Positions 1-10,362 are shown, numbered from the stretch's first letter. The stretch: DNA of 45,758 nt from a bacterium (GCA_030616365.1 JAUWXM010000002.1:1-45758), one strand, 5' to 3'. Numbers and translations are program-made. Notes: a model not told the origin generated them from the sequence alone.

Positions 1-1
1 C

Positions 2-817
2 CTGAAGTATGATCAGGATGATATAAGGAATGTTCTGGAGAGGGCTTCTGCGCGGGAGACAGCAGCCAGGGTAGCCATAGGTGTTATAACCAAGATCCTT
101 CTCTCTGAATTTGGGATCTCAATCATTAGTCAGGTCATTCAGATTGGGAAAGTGAAGGTAAAGATAAAGAATTTGAAGATCGATGAGATTGAGAAGAAGA
201 TAGCTCGTTCCTTGGTTTCCTGTCCGGATGAAGAGGCAAGCAGATCAATGATGGCAGAGATCGATCGGGCAAGGAAAAAGGGGGATACCTTAGGAGGGGT
301 CTTTGAAATCATTGCTGCTGGTCTACCCATAGGATTGGGAAGCTATGTCCATCCTGATCGGAGGCTGGATGGTAGGTTGGCTCAGGCCTTGATGAGCATC
401 CCAGCAGCAAAAGGAATTGAGATCGGATTAGGGTTCAGAGCCAGTGAACTTCCCGGATCAGAGGTTCAGGATGAGATATTCTATGAGAAGAGAAAAGGCT
501 TCTATCGCAGGACGAATAATGCTGGAGGATTGGAGGGCGGGGTAACCAATGGAGAGCCCTTAAGGATAAAGGTAGCCATGAAGCCCATTTCCACTCTCCA
601 GAAACCTCTCTCCTCAGTAAATCTGATTACTAAGAAAAAAGTTAAAGCAACTGTAGAGAGAGCGGATATCTGTGTGGTGCCAGCAGCAGCAGTCATTGGA
701 GAATCAGCAGTATCTTTTGAGTTAGCTAATGCCATGCTGGAGAAGTTTGGGGGAGATAGCCTTTCTGAGATGAAAAGGAATTATGAAGGCTACCTAAAGT
801 ACCTTAAACAAAGATGA
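2..817 (+). CDS. aroC: Chorismate synthase, C-terminal part (5' end outside window)
   Basis: The frame is open from nt 2 ([25 protein letters not shown]...), well upstream of the GTG listed at 152. AroC-like motifs are present: [46 protein letters not shown]. The stop overlaps the aroK start (ATGA at 814-817). Confidence 0.93.
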   Translation: MKYDQDDIRNVLERASARETAARVAIGVITKILLSEFGISIISQVIQIGKVKVKIKNLKIDEIEKKIARSLVSCPDEEASRSMMAEIDRARKKGDTLGGVFEIIAAGLPIGLGSYVHPDRRLDGRLAQALMSIPAAKGIEIGLGFRASELPGSEVQDEIFYEKRKGFYRRTNNAGGLEGGVTNGEPLRIKVAMKPISTLQKPLSSVNLITKKKVKATVERADICVVPAAAVIGESAVSFELANAMLEKFGGDSLSEMKRNYEGYLKYLKQR

Positions 818-1323
818 AGAATGTGGTATTAACAGGTTTCATGGGCACAGGAAAGAACGCTATTGGGAAGAGACTGGTTCAAGAATTGAACCTTAAGTTT
901 GTCGATACGGATGACATTATAGAGAAGAAAGAAGGCATTACCATTAGTAAAATCTTTAAGAGATTCGGAGAGAAATATTTTCGAAAACTTGAGAAAAAGG
1001 TGGTAAAGAAAATTACTCAGGGGAAGGATCAGGTCATCTCCACAGGCGGGGGAGTAGTTCTAGACCAAGAAAATATCTCTAATTTGAAGAAAAACGGAGT
1101 TATCATCTGTCTTTGGGCTTCTCCAGGGGTAATTAGAGAAAGGACGGAGAAGGAAGCCCATCGCCCCCTCTTAGAGAATGTAAATAGAGAGAAAAGAATC
1201 AAGGAACTATTAGATTATAGAAAGTCATTCTATGAGAAGAGTGCAGACTATATCATCGATACTTCGCATTTGACTGTAGAAGAGACAGTAGAAAAAATCC
1301 TAAAGTATTTGGAGAAAATTTGA
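814..1323 (+). CDS. aroK: Shikimate kinase
   Basis: Walker [13 protein letters not shown], a DTDD motif, STGGGVV, and about 169 aa. It sits between aroC and aroB with overlapping stop/start codons. Confidence 0.9.
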   Translation: MKNVVLTGFMGTGKNAIGKRLVQELNLKFVDTDDIIEKKEGITISKIFKRFGEKYFRKLEKKVVKKITQGKDQVISTGGGVVLDQENISNLKKNGVIICLWASPGVIRERTEKEAHRPLLENVNREKRIKELLDYRKSFYEKSADYIIDTSHLTVEETVEKILKYLEKI

Positions 1324-2423
1324 TGGAGGAGATAAAAGTAGATCTTGGTGAGAGAAGTTATAAGATCTTAGTTGATAATGGGAATTTAAAGGATATCGGA
1401 AAGGTCCTGAAAGATTACCATCTGGGGAAAAAAGCGACTATAATTACCAATCCTTTAGTAGGAAATCTCTATCAGGATATGGTAAAAGATAGTTTAGTGA
1501 AGGAAGGCTTCGAAGTGGCCATTGCTCGGGTCCCAGATGGTGAAGAGTACAAATCCTTAGAATGGGCCTCTAAATTATACGATGAACTCTTAGAGCATAA
1601 GAGGGATAGGTATTCCTTCATCCTCGCCTTAGGGGGAGGAGTAATCGGAGATCTAGCAGGCTTCGTTGCTAGTACCTATATGAGGGGCATTCCCTTCGTC
1701 CAGGTTCCCACCTCCCTACTTGCCCAGGTGGACGCCTCTATCGGGGGGAAGGTAGCAGTGAATCATCCTCTGGGGAAGAACCTCGTCGGCTCCTTCTATC
1801 AGCCGAAACTGGTCTATACTGACCTTGCAGTCCTTAAAACCTTGGCCCGTAGGGAACTTATCGCTGCTTTAGCAGAGGTCATTAAGTATGGGATAATTAA
1901 GGATAGGGAATTCTTTGGTTATCTGGAAAAGAACATAGATGAAGTAAAAACGCTTCGTCAGGACGTCCTAAAAAAAATAGTTGCTATCTGTACTCGCATT
2001 AAATCGGAGTTAGTCTCTCTTGATGAGAGGGAAGAGAAGGGAATACGCTCCATCATAAACTATGGTCATACCATTGGCCATGCCTTAGAGGTATTAACAA
2101 AATATAAAATCTATCGCCATGGGGAGGCGGTCTCTATTGGGATGGTAGCAGCAGCCAAGATCGCTCAGAGGATGGAGATTCTGAATAAAGAAGGGGAAAG
2201 GCGCCAGGTAGAACTCTTAGAAAGAGCAGGACTTCCTACAAAAGTAAAGGATGTTGATCCCTTAGGGATTATAAAGGCTTTAAGTAGAGATAAGAAAGTA
2301 CAAGAGGGAAGGATAAGGTTTATCTTGGCAACCGAAATAGGCAAAGTGGAAACAAGGGACGATGTTCCACCAGAAATAATAAAAGAAGTCCTGCAAGAAA
2401 TAACCGAGAACAGTGAACGGTGA
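1323..2423 (+). CDS. aroB: 3-dehydroquinate synthase
   Basis: Motifs LGGGVIGDLAGFVASTYMRGIPFVQVPTSLLAQVDASIGGKVAVN and NYGHTIGHALE. The ATG at 1323 overlaps the aroK stop (TGATG) and is preferred over the TTG at 1320. Confidence 0.92.
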   Translation: MEEIKVDLGERSYKILVDNGNLKDIGKVLKDYHLGKKATIITNPLVGNLYQDMVKDSLVKEGFEVAIARVPDGEEYKSLEWASKLYDELLEHKRDRYSFILALGGGVIGDLAGFVASTYMRGIPFVQVPTSLLAQVDASIGGKVAVNHPLGKNLVGSFYQPKLVYTDLAVLKTLARRELIAALAEVIKYGIIKDREFFGYLEKNIDEVKTLRQDVLKKIVAICTRIKSELVSLDEREEKGIRSIINYGHTIGHALEVLTKYKIYRHGEAVSIGMVAAAKIAQRMEILNKEGERRQVELLERAGLPTKVKDVDPLGIIKALSRDKKVQEGRIRFILATEIGKVETRDDVPPEIIKEVLQEITENSER

Positions 2424-2454
2424 ACCGTGAACAGTTACCGATCGCCGATTACCA
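2406..2454 (+). repeat. Seven tandem heptamers
   Basis: The units read directly as gagaaca gtgaacg gtgaacc gtgaaca gttaccg atcgccg attacca. The array spans the last codons and stop of aroB. Confidence 0.8.
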
Positions 2455-2479
2455 GTTTTAAATCCGTGGGGGTAGCAGT

Positions 2480-2911
2480 ATGAAAATACTTGTTATTCAT
2501 GGGCCAAACCTGGACCTTTTGGGCACCAGAGAGCCGGAGGTTTATGGTAAGACTACCTTGGCTGAGATTGATAAAAGCATTCAGGACTTGGCAAAAAAGA
2601 AAGGGGTAGGAGTCAGGATCATCCAGTCCAACCACGAAGGAAAGATCGTGGAAGAAATAAGCAACTCAAAAGAGGATGCCTTGGTCATTAACCCTGCCGC
2701 CTATACTCATACCAGCGTAGCCATCAGAGACGCCATTGTTGCCCGTAAGATACCGACAGTGGAGGTTCACCTCTCCAACATCTATGCCCGGGAGGAGTTC
2801 CGCCATAAATCCTTGATTGCCCCTGTAGCAGTAGGTCAGATCTCAGGCTTTGGAATGGATAGCTATCTCTTAGGATTGAAAGCAGCAATTTCTTGTCTTA
2901 AGAAGAAATGA
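2480..2911 (+). CDS. aroQ: Type II 3-dehydroquinate dehydratase
   Basis: Motifs [37 protein letters not shown] and [13 protein letters not shown]. 143 aa. Confidence 0.92.
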   Translation: MKILVIHGPNLDLLGTREPEVYGKTTLAEIDKSIQDLAKKKGVGVRIIQSNHEGKIVEEISNSKEDALVINPAAYTHTSVAIRDAIVARKIPTVEVHLSNIYAREEFRHKSLIAPVAVGQISGFGMDSYLLGLKAAISCLKKK

Positions 2912-4779
2912 TTTTTGAGCGGCTCATTACCCTGGGCCTGGTAGCCATCGTTCTCTTCAGCCCTCTCTTCAGAGCCGCCCTCCCCATCTGGGCTATAACT
3001 TCCGTTTACTTAATACTCTTAGTTACTTTAGCCAGCTGGCTGGTCAGGATAAAAGAGGATAGAGGATTCAGCTTTACCAGAACCTCACTGGATCTTCCCA
3101 TCCTCTTTTTTATTTTGTTTGCTTCTCTCTCCCTGATAAGATCCATTAACATCCATCACAGTATAAGCGCTCTCTATCGTCTCATCTCTTATGCCCTGAT
3201 ATACTTTCTGGTTGTCAATAACATTAAGAGTAAATTAGAAATTAAAAAATTAATCCAGAGCATCTTAGAAGTGAGTGTCTTTGTCGCCCTATATGGTCTC
3301 ATAGAATTCTTTATCCACAATTTCACCCCACCCTTTTCTACTTTCCCCAATCTAAATATCTTTGCCAGCTTTCTACTTATTCCTTTTTCCTTAGCCTCAG
3401 GGATATTACTATTCGGCAAGGAAAGGGGAGGGGGAAAGAGAATAGCTCTTGGGGTAATGATCATCCTTTTTCTCTTAGCCATTATAACTACCAGGTCCCG
3501 AGGGGCATTCCTAAGCTTAGCCCTAATTGTCACATTCTTGGGATACTTAAAAAGCAAACGTTATGCCCTGATAACTTTAGCCTTAGTTATTCTCCTCTTT
3601 AGCCTTTTCCCCACTCCAGTTAACTCACCATTGATGCGTCTGATAACTGTGGGGGGAAAGGACCCCTATGCCTACACCAGGATCTCCATCTGGAAGAGCG
3701 CCCTTTCTATAATTAAAGATCATCTCTTCTTGGGCACTGGCCTGGGGACCTTTAAGGATGCCTTCCCAGGATATAGCTTTCCAGTAGAAGGAGTCTTTGC
3801 CCGCTTCGGGAAGAAGGCTTCTTTTGCTCATAATGAATACTTACAGATTGCCTCTGAGATGGGAATATTCGCTCTGGGAATATTCCTCTGGCTTCTATCC
3901 GCTTTCTTCAAGAAAGCAAAAGAAATATTAAAAAACCTTCAGGGTAAAGAAGAATACGGCTTAGTCATTGGTCTGGTAGCAGGAATAATAGGAGTTCTAA
4001 TCCACAGCTTGGTAGACTTTCCTCTCCATGCCCCAGCCATTCCTATCGTCCTCTCTATAAATGCAGGCATAGTAATGGGCTTGAGTTTTAACATTAGATA
4101 TCAGACATCAGATATCAGAAAAAAATCGACTTTTTTGCAAAGTAAAAGGTATTATCTCTATTTAGTTTTAATTATTGTGATCTTGGGCTATGCTGTCCTT
4201 GCTCCCTACCTGGCAGACATCTATGCAGAGAGGGGAGAATATAAAAAAGCCATCGCCCAGGATCCCTTATGCGGAGAATATCACTTTAAATTGGCCAACC
4301 TCTATGTCGACCAATACAGAGAAACAGGGGATTCTTATTATCGCATCGATGCTTATGGGGAGTTCAAGACGGCAATAAAACTTGAACCAAGAAATAGTTA
4401 TTACCACCGGCGCCTGGCAAAGTTTTATCACCAGAACTTCGCTGGAAGGTCGAGGATAAACTTTGCTATTCGAGAGATGCAAAAGGCTTTAGAACTTGCT
4501 CCTTATGACTGCTTCTTCCATTACGAGCTGGGCTCCATCTATGCCAATGAGGAAAGATATGAGGAAGCCATTCAGAACTATAAAAAGGCAATAGAACTGG
4601 AACCAAACTATGCCCAAGCCCACTATAACCTGGGTCGCATCTATGAAGACTCAGGCAGAACTGAGATAGCGGAAGAAGAGTATAAAAAGGCAGAAGAAGC
4701 AAGAAAAAGAGGACTGGCCAAATTAACACGCACCAAGTACGAGAATCAATTAATTTCTTTACAAAGAAGAGGTCTCTGA
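2908..4779 (+). CDS. O-antigen ligase / Wzy_C-like polytopic membrane protein with C-terminal TPR repeats
   Basis: About 10 hydrophobic segments, with Wzy_C-type motifs [10 protein letters not shown] and [18 protein letters not shown]. The C-terminal ~180 aa carry TPR-like repeats ([59 protein letters not shown]). The start overlaps the aroQ stop (ATGA). Confidence 0.75.
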   Translation: MIFERLITLGLVAIVLFSPLFRAALPIWAITSVYLILLVTLASWLVRIKEDRGFSFTRTSLDLPILFFILFASLSLIRSINIHHSISALYRLISYALIYFLVVNNIKSKLEIKKLIQSILEVSVFVALYGLIEFFIHNFTPPFSTFPNLNIFASFLLIPFSLASGILLFGKERGGGKRIALGVMIILFLLAIITTRSRGAFLSLALIVTFLGYLKSKRYALITLALVILLFSLFPTPVNSPLMRLITVGGKDPYAYTRISIWKSALSIIKDHLFLGTGLGTFKDAFPGYSFPVEGVFARFGKKASFAHNEYLQIASEMGIFALGIFLWLLSAFFKKAKEILKNLQGKEEYGLVIGLVAGIIGVLIHSLVDFPLHAPAIPIVLSINAGIVMGLSFNIRYQTSDIRKKSTFLQSKRYYLYLVLIIVILGYAVLAPYLADIYAERGEYKKAIAQDPLCGEYHFKLANLYVDQYRETGDSYYRIDAYGEFKTAIKLEPRNSYYHRRLAKFYHQNFAGRSRINFAIREMQKALELAPYDCFFHYELGSIYANEERYEEAIQNYKKAIELEPNYAQAHYNLGRIYEDSGRTEIAEEEYKKAEEARKRGLAKLTRTKYENQLISLQRRGL

Positions 4780-4799
4780 AAAAATCTTCAGAGCCCTCT

Positions 4800-4861
4800 G
4801 ATTACACAGATTATTTACGATTACACAGATTTTTCCTGACGAGAATTTAATCTGCGTAATC
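4800..4861. repeat. Three copies of the 13-mer GATTAC[A/G]CAGATT
   Basis: Two direct copies lie at 4800-4812 and 4819-4831. One inverted copy lies at 4849-4861 (aatctgcgtaatc is the reverse complement of gattacgcagatt). All read directly from the sequence. Confidence 0.8.
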
Positions 4862-4918
4862 TGTTTTTAATCCTTTAATTAGAGATTTCTGACTTTTTCA
4901 GCAATCTCAAAAAAAGAC

Positions 4919-4947
4919 TTGACAAATGAATAAAAAGGTGTTATTAT
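4919..4947 (+). promoter_or_regulatory. Sigma70-like promoter
   Basis: TTGACA (4919-4924), a 17-nt spacer, then TATTAT (4942-4947). It is followed by the inverted repeat GTGTTTA-N8-TAAACAC (4958-4979). It lies about 190 nt upstream of the regulator gene. Confidence 0.5.
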
Positions 4948-5053
4948 TTTATTTAGAGTGTTTACAATATTCTAAACACACTAAACACAGATGACCGTGA
5001 TTACAAACTGTGATTACAATGATAGCACAACCTATTAGTATTTCTTCTGAACT

Positions 5054-5120
5054 TATTCGCGTATATTCGCGTTTTCATATTTGCGACTATTCGCGTCTTT
5101 AGAATTCGCGATTATTCGCG
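5054..5120 (+). promoter_or_regulatory. Array of six (T/A)ATTCGCG boxes, candidate operator array in a 5' leader
   Basis: Boxes lie at 5054, 5064, 5078 (tatttgcg variant), 5088, 5103 and 5113. This gives three ~24-25-bp units, each with two boxes 10 bp apart. The array ends 5 nt before the GGAGGGGAGG RBS of the 5135 gene. Confidence 0.45.
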
Positions 5121-5134
5121 TCTAGGAGGGGAGG

Positions 5135-5647
5135 ATGAACAAAAATCTTGAAAAGGCATACCATAACTTCATTGAGGGAATAGGACATCTCAGTTCTAGC
5201 TTAGGATTCAGCAAGGTGATGGGACAGTTATATGCGCTACTTTACCTTTCTGAGAAACCGCTCTCTCTCGATGATATGGTCAAAAGGTTAGCCATTAGTA
5301 AAGGGAGCGCCAGCATTAATATCCGGGAATTAGAGGAGAAGGGAGCAGTAAAGAAAATCTGGATGAAGGGGTCAAGAAAAGATTTCTACGAGGCGGAGAC
5401 CGATCTGGCAAAAATAGTAAGAGATAGAATTACCCTCTCAGCAAAGTGGAGAATGGATGAGATAGGAAATATAATCCAGAAGAGTGAAGAACTACTTCAG
5501 AATGCTAAAGGAAATTCAAATGATAGTGAAGAAAGAAGAAAAATCAAATTCTATAACCAGAGACTGAAAGAAATGAAGAGACTCTACAAACGTGCCAATA
5601 GCCTCCTAGGAAAGTTTCTTTTCTTCGCCAAAACAATCAAACTTTAG
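5135..5647 (+). CDS. MarR/GbsR-type winged-helix transcriptional regulator
   Basis: Winged-HTH segment LYLSEKPLSLDDMVKRLAISKGSASINIRELEEKGAVKKIW, typical of the GbsR/MarR-like family. Strong RBS. 170 aa. Confidence 0.7.
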   Translation: MNKNLEKAYHNFIEGIGHLSSSLGFSKVMGQLYALLYLSEKPLSLDDMVKRLAISKGSASINIRELEEKGAVKKIWMKGSRKDFYEAETDLAKIVRDRITLSAKWRMDEIGNIIQKSEELLQNAKGNSNDSEERRKIKFYNQRLKEMKRLYKRANSLLGKFLFFAKTIKL

Positions 5648-5740
5648 AATAAAGGCTGAAAATAATTATGCAAAGTGTCCCTATTGTGGCAATGAATATA
5701 GACAAAAAGATGGAAAAATAGAAATAGTAAAGGAAAAAAT

Positions 5741-6043
5741 GTGGATATGAAAGCAGGCGGTTTATTAATTAAAGTTAAAGAAATAAAAGGTTTTTGTCCT
5801 GTCTATAAAGAAGGGGATTCGTTTATTATCCTTGAAGGTTACAAGCTGAAAACTGAAAAAGCAATTTGCATGCATTCTTTAACTGCAATTATGCCTTATT
5901 ATGTAGCCTTAAGCCGTGGAATTTTATCAAAAGAATTGGGATTAGCTAAGGAAGATGAAAATATTGCCTATGTACAGTGCCTTGATCCTTGCCATTACAC
6001 AAGTGGCGGAACCGTAATTTTTGAAATAGAAGTTAAAAAATGA
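5741..6043 (+). CDS. Small Cys-containing protein resembling the TIGR04076 family
   Basis: 100 aa with FCPVYKEGD, AICMHSL...PYYVAL and VQCLDPC...VIFEIE, which matches my recollection of the TIGR04076 pattern. The start is GTG 5741 or ATG 5747. The stop overlaps the wecB start (ATGA). Confidence 0.5.
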   Translation: MDMKAGGLLIKVKEIKGFCPVYKEGDSFIILEGYKLKTEKAICMHSLTAIMPYYVALSRGILSKELGLAKEDENIAYVQCLDPCHYTSGGTVIFEIEVKK

Positions 6044-7134
6044 AAGTAATTCTAGTAGCTGGTGCCAGACCAAATTTTATGAAGATTGCTCCTATATGGG
6101 AAGAGATGAAGAAATACCCTGACAATTTCCAGCCTATAATTGTTCATACTGGCCAGCACTATGACTATGAAATGTCCAGAATTTTCTTTGAAAATTTGAA
6201 TCTATCCCAACCCGATATTTACCTTGGGGTTGGTTCTGCTTCACATGCCGTCCAGACTGCAAAAATAATGGTCAAGTTTGAAAAGGTACTCTTAAGGGAA
6301 AGACCTAATCTAATCTTAGTCGTAGGAGATGTTAACTCTACCTTTGCCTGTGCTCTGACAGCGGTAAAACTAAATATCCTGGCAGGTCATGTGGAGGCTG
6401 GACTACGTAGTTTTGATCGTTCTATGCCGGAAGAAATCAATCGTCTCCTCACTGACGCTATTTCAGACTATTTGTTTATTACCGAAGAAAGTGCTAGGAT
6501 CAATCTTTTAAAAGAGGGAAGGCCTGAGGAGAAAATATACTTTGTAGGCAATGTAATGATTGATACCCTGCTTAGTAATTTAGAGAAAGCAGACCGTTCC
6601 CAGATACTTTCCACTCTTTCCCTCAAACCTAAAGACTACGCCCTTTTGACCCTTCACCGGCCAAGTAATGTAGACTCAAAAGAAAGTTTTGTAGGAATAC
6701 TAAATGTTTTAGGGGAGCTTCAAAAATCAATCCCAATAGTCTATCCCATCCATCCCCGGGCAAGGAGACGAATAAAAGAGTTTGGACTGGAGAAAAGAAT
6801 GACTAAAATGTCTCATTTCAAGATTATAGAGCCCCTGGGTTATCTCGATTTCCTGAAACTTATGAAGGAATCTAAGTTAGTTATGACTGATTCTGGGGGA
6901 ATACAGGAGGAGACTACAGTTTTGAAGATTCCCTGCTTAACCTTAAGAAAGAATACCGAAAGGCCAATAACAGTAAATATCGGGACAAATGTTGTTGTGG
7001 GAAATAATCCAGAAAAGATTACAAAGGGAGTAGAAGGCGTTTTAGAAGATAAAAGGAAAAAAGGAAGAATCCCTCCCCTCTGGGATGGTAAGGCAGCTCA
7101 AAGAATAGTCACAATCTTGAGGAAGAAATTATGA
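6040..7134 (+). CDS. wecB: UDP-N-acetylglucosamine 2-epimerase (non-hydrolysing)
   Basis: Motifs GARPNFMKIAP, VHTGQHYDYEMS, VVGDVNSTFA, HVEAGLRSFDRSMPEEINR, DSGGIQEE and ERP. 364 aa. Confidence 0.9.
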   Translation: MKVILVAGARPNFMKIAPIWEEMKKYPDNFQPIIVHTGQHYDYEMSRIFFENLNLSQPDIYLGVGSASHAVQTAKIMVKFEKVLLRERPNLILVVGDVNSTFACALTAVKLNILAGHVEAGLRSFDRSMPEEINRLLTDAISDYLFITEESARINLLKEGRPEEKIYFVGNVMIDTLLSNLEKADRSQILSTLSLKPKDYALLTLHRPSNVDSKESFVGILNVLGELQKSIPIVYPIHPRARRRIKEFGLEKRMTKMSHFKIIEPLGYLDFLKLMKESKLVMTDSGGIQEETTVLKIPCLTLRKNTERPITVNIGTNVVVGNNPEKITKGVEGVLEDKRKKGRIPPLWDGKAAQRIVTILRKKL

Positions 7135-8690
7135 AAATTACTCTTATCAGGCCATACTATATGCATAATCCTTATGAGCCACCTCTGGGCGTTGCTATAT
7201 TGGCTGGCTATTTGGAAGAGAAGGGTTACTCTGTAAGTATCATCGATTTCGAAGCGGCCTGGGTTAAGTCAAAAGACAAAATCAAGAAACACATAGAAGC
7301 AGAAGATCCAGATATTGTGGGAGTTTCATTTTTTACCTATGATAGATTTGAAGCTGTAAAGGTGGCAAATGCGGCAAAGGAATTAGGAAAGGTGGTGATT
7401 GGTGGAGGATTACATATAACTTTCGATCCCATAAATACGCTTCAGTCAATACCCAGTATAGACATAGGGGTATTAGGGGAAGGTGAAGAAACACTCTTTG
7501 AATTGGTGAAAGTACTTGAGGAAGATAGATCATTACAGGATATTGAGGGGATCGCTTACAGAAGGAATGGAAAGGTGGTGATTAATCAGTTAAGGCCATT
7601 AATCAGTAATTTAGACTCCCTCCCGATGCCTGCCTACCATCTTCTTCCGATGGTTAAGTATCCTTATCATCAAATATTAGGCTCAAGAGGTTGTTCCTAT
7701 AACTGCATCTTTTGCGCAAGCCCAGAATTTTGGAGGAGAAGAGTTAGATTCAGAACCTACAAGATAGTTGTAGACGAGATAGAATATCTTATCAAAAACT
7801 ATGGCCAGAAGGAATTTGATTTTAAGGATGACGTTTTGTTTCTTAACAAAGAATGGACTAAAAATCTCTGTAATGAATTGTTAGAAAGGAATATAGACAT
7901 AAGATGGAATTGCTTAGGGAGAGCCGATGTAATTGATGAACCCCTTTTCAAATTGATGAGAAAGGCAGGATGCGAGACTTTAAGGTTTGGTATTGAGTCG
8001 GGCAATGAACGCATCCTGAGAGTGATCAATAAGAATATAACTAAACAGCAAGTAAGGCACGCCGTTAAAGTGGCAAAGGAAATACCATTTGAAGTAGGAA
8101 CTCTGTTTATGTTAGGACACCCTTCTGAAACTATGGATGAAATGGAGGAAACCTGTCAATTTGCGGTCGAACTTAGCGCAGAGCATTATAGCTTTAAACC
8201 TACCGACGTTTATCCAGGCACTCAACTTTTCCATATAGCAGTCAAAGAAGGCTTACTACCTAAAGAGTATAACTGGTTTGAAAAAGGAAGATATAAAGCT
8301 GGCTTTTTAACCTACGATGATGTTCCTAGTTATGAATCCTCACAATTTTCAAGAGGACCGCTAGAAGATACAGCAAAAAAATTCTATCTTAGAACTTTTT
8401 TTGCTCGTGCGTTTACTTTAAAATCTCTTTCAGATTTTAACATATCTCGCTTTCGCACAGAGATTGGTTTTATCCCCAAGTCAAGTAAAGACTTTCGAAT
8501 CTTCGTAAGTGAAGTGATTAGAGAACTCAGAATTAAACGCACTTTAAAACAAAGGTTTTTAGGCATAGTAGTTGTAACTATTTGCATTCTCCGAAAAGGC
8601 GGGAAAGCTTTCTATCATCGTTTTAAAAAATCATTTCAGCTTGGCATTAGGCGGACTCCTTTAGCAGGGACGTTAATTAGGCACCGATGA
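7131..8690 (+). CDS. B12-binding-domain radical SAM enzyme (class B)
   Basis: The N-terminal part looks like a cobalamin-binding Rossmann domain (PPLGVAILAGYLEEKGYSVSIIDF...DIVGVSFFT...VVIGGGLH). It is followed by the CX3CX2C cluster GSRGCSYNCIFC and FGIESGNERIL. The start overlaps the wecB stop. Confidence 0.85.
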   Translation: MKITLIRPYYMHNPYEPPLGVAILAGYLEEKGYSVSIIDFEAAWVKSKDKIKKHIEAEDPDIVGVSFFTYDRFEAVKVANAAKELGKVVIGGGLHITFDPINTLQSIPSIDIGVLGEGEETLFELVKVLEEDRSLQDIEGIAYRRNGKVVINQLRPLISNLDSLPMPAYHLLPMVKYPYHQILGSRGCSYNCIFCASPEFWRRRVRFRTYKIVVDEIEYLIKNYGQKEFDFKDDVLFLNKEWTKNLCNELLERNIDIRWNCLGRADVIDEPLFKLMRKAGCETLRFGIESGNERILRVINKNITKQQVRHAVKVAKEIPFEVGTLFMLGHPSETMDEMEETCQFAVELSAEHYSFKPTDVYPGTQLFHIAVKEGLLPKEYNWFEKGRYKAGFLTYDDVPSYESSQFSRGPLEDTAKKFYLRTFFARAFTLKSLSDFNISRFRTEIGFIPKSSKDFRIFVSEVIRELRIKRTLKQRFLGIVVVTICILRKGGKAFYHRFKKSFQLGIRRTPLAGTLIRHR

Positions 8691-8862
8691 TTTATAAACT
8701 TAATATATTCAGTTCGAAGACAAAGGCTGTAAAATCGAAAGTGGTTCAAAAGGGGCATTTAGAAAAACTGGTCAAATTTGGTAATTACCTGTGGTGAGAA
8801 ATCCGGCTCGCCTATGAAGACTATTTGATGAATATGGCATAAAACAGGAGAAGAAATTATAA

Positions 8863-10362
8863 ATGATTACGGGACTTCTTAAAAAAGATATGCGAAGATA
8901 TCTACCTTCAGTGATTGCCCCGGCAATAATGGGGCTGATTGCTATCCCTATTGTTACTCGCCTGTTTCCCCCAGGGGATTATGGAAACTATGTTTTAGTG
9001 ATAGCCACAGTTGGTATATTCTCCACTATTGTAGGGTGGTTATCTATGTCTGTTATCAGGTTTTATCCTGCCTATGAACGAGATGGGAAACTTGATGAAT
9101 TTTATGCAAACATAATAAAATTGACTATTATCTCAATATTGGTTATTTCTCTTGCTTTTTTAAGCATTCTTTTATTTATCAGATCCCGCATTTCAACAGA
9201 TGTATATTCTCTAATGAGGATTGGTATACTCGTATTTATTTTAACTTCGGGTTTTGGTATACTCCTTCATTTTCTCAGAGCAAAACGCCAAGTAAACTGG
9301 TATACTGGCTTTTCTGTATGGAAGAGTATAACAGCGCTAGGTTTTGGAATACTCTTAATAATGGCTTTTCATTTTGGTGTTGAAGGTTTGCTTTGGGGTT
9401 CTATATTGAGCGTGGCGGTAGTTTTTCCTCTGCTTTGGAAAAAGGCTGTAGGGAAAGTTTCCTTAGGCCCAAGAAATATTTCTCTTCCGCTGACTTCAGA
9501 AATGGCGAAATATGGTTTCCCCTTAGTGGTGGGCAGTCTTGCTGCCTGGATACTGAGCCTTTCTGACCGTTATATCTTAGAACTTTTTCGGGGTAGTCAT
9601 GAGGTAGGAATATACTCTGCCAGCTATGCTATCTCAGAGCATAGCATACTACTCATTGCCACTCTATTTTGGTTGGCATCTACTCCAATTGAAATGAGTA
9701 TGTGGGAGAAGCAAGGGAAGAGGGCGAGCCAAGAGTTTATCAGTGAGGTCACCCGGTATTACCTCCTTATAGGACTTCCTGCGGCAGTAGGATTAAGCGT
9801 ATTGGCAAAGCCGGTTATTGCTGTTTTCACCGGCCCAGAGTATTATCAAGGATATACAATCATTCCACTGGTTACCTTTGGTGCTTTCCTTCTTGGACTT
9901 CAGCGAAGATTTTCATCAGGATTAACCTTCTATAAAAAAACCAATCTTATTATGGCCGCTATCATTGTATCAGGACTATTAAATTTGGGACTTAACTTTC
10001 TCTTGATACCTAAATACGGCTATATGGCAGCCGCATTTACCACCCTTCTCAGCTACGCCTTTCTTGTGGCAGCAATGGGGGTTGTTTCGAGGAAATATTT
10101 CATTTGGGAATTTCCATTTAAGGTTTTAGCAAAAGCAGTTTGTGCTTCAGTGGTGATGGGGATAGTAGTATATTATGTAGGCGGTAGTTTAACCTCTTCA
10201 GCCCTATTGAACTTAATTTTAGGCGTATGTTCAGGTACACTAGTATATATTATGATGCTTTTTTTATTACGGGAATTTAGGCCGAGTGAGATTCAGGCAT
10301 TGTTAGCCTTAAAAGCAAAGATTTGGGGTAGTGTTAGGTGGCAAAACAGAAAGACAATATAA
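8863..10362 (+). CDS. Wzx-like oligosaccharide/polysaccharide flippase (MOP superfamily)
   Basis: 499 aa with about 12-14 hydrophobic helices. The topology and length match polysaccharide biosynthesis (Wzx) proteins, and it sits inside a glycan locus. Confidence 0.75.
   Translation: MITGLLKKDMRRYLPSVIAPAIMGLIAIPIVTRLFPPGDYGNYVLVIATVGIFSTIVGWLSMSVIRFYPAYERDGKLDEFYANIIKLTIISILVISLAFLSILLFIRSRISTDVYSLMRIGILVFILTSGFGILLHFLRAKRQVNWYTGFSVWKSITALGFGILLIMAFHFGVEGLLWGSILSVAVVFPLLWKKAVGKVSLGPRNISLPLTSEMAKYGFPLVVGSLAAWILSLSDRYILELFRGSHEVGIYSASYAISEHSILLIATLFWLASTPIEMSMWEKQGKRASQEFISEVTRYYLLIGLPAAVGLSVLAKPVIAVFTGPEYYQGYTIIPLVTFGAFLLGLQRRFSSGLTFYKKTNLIMAAIIVSGLLNLGLNFLLIPKYGYMAAAFTTLLSYAFLVAAMGVVSRKYFIWEFPFKVLAKAVCASVVMGIVVYYVGGSLTSSALLNLILGVCSGTLVYIMMLFLLREFRPSEIQALLALKAKIWGSVRWQNRKTI

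Noticed and set aside
4800-5019. Repeated occurrence of the word GATTACA (gattacacagatt, gtgattacaa) as a hint of a synthetic or watermark sequence
   Set aside because: The motifs are part of ordinary short direct and inverted repeats, like many others in this window. The surrounding genes and signals look entirely natural.
5652-5750. A zinc-ribbon-like peptide (..YAKCPYCGNEYRQKDGKIEIV..) between the regulator and the TIGR04076-like gene
   Set aside because: There is no ATG, GTG or TTG in frame between the upstream stop (5649-5651) and the CPYC motif. Only one CxxC pair is present. It could be a gene remnant but cannot be supported as a CDS.
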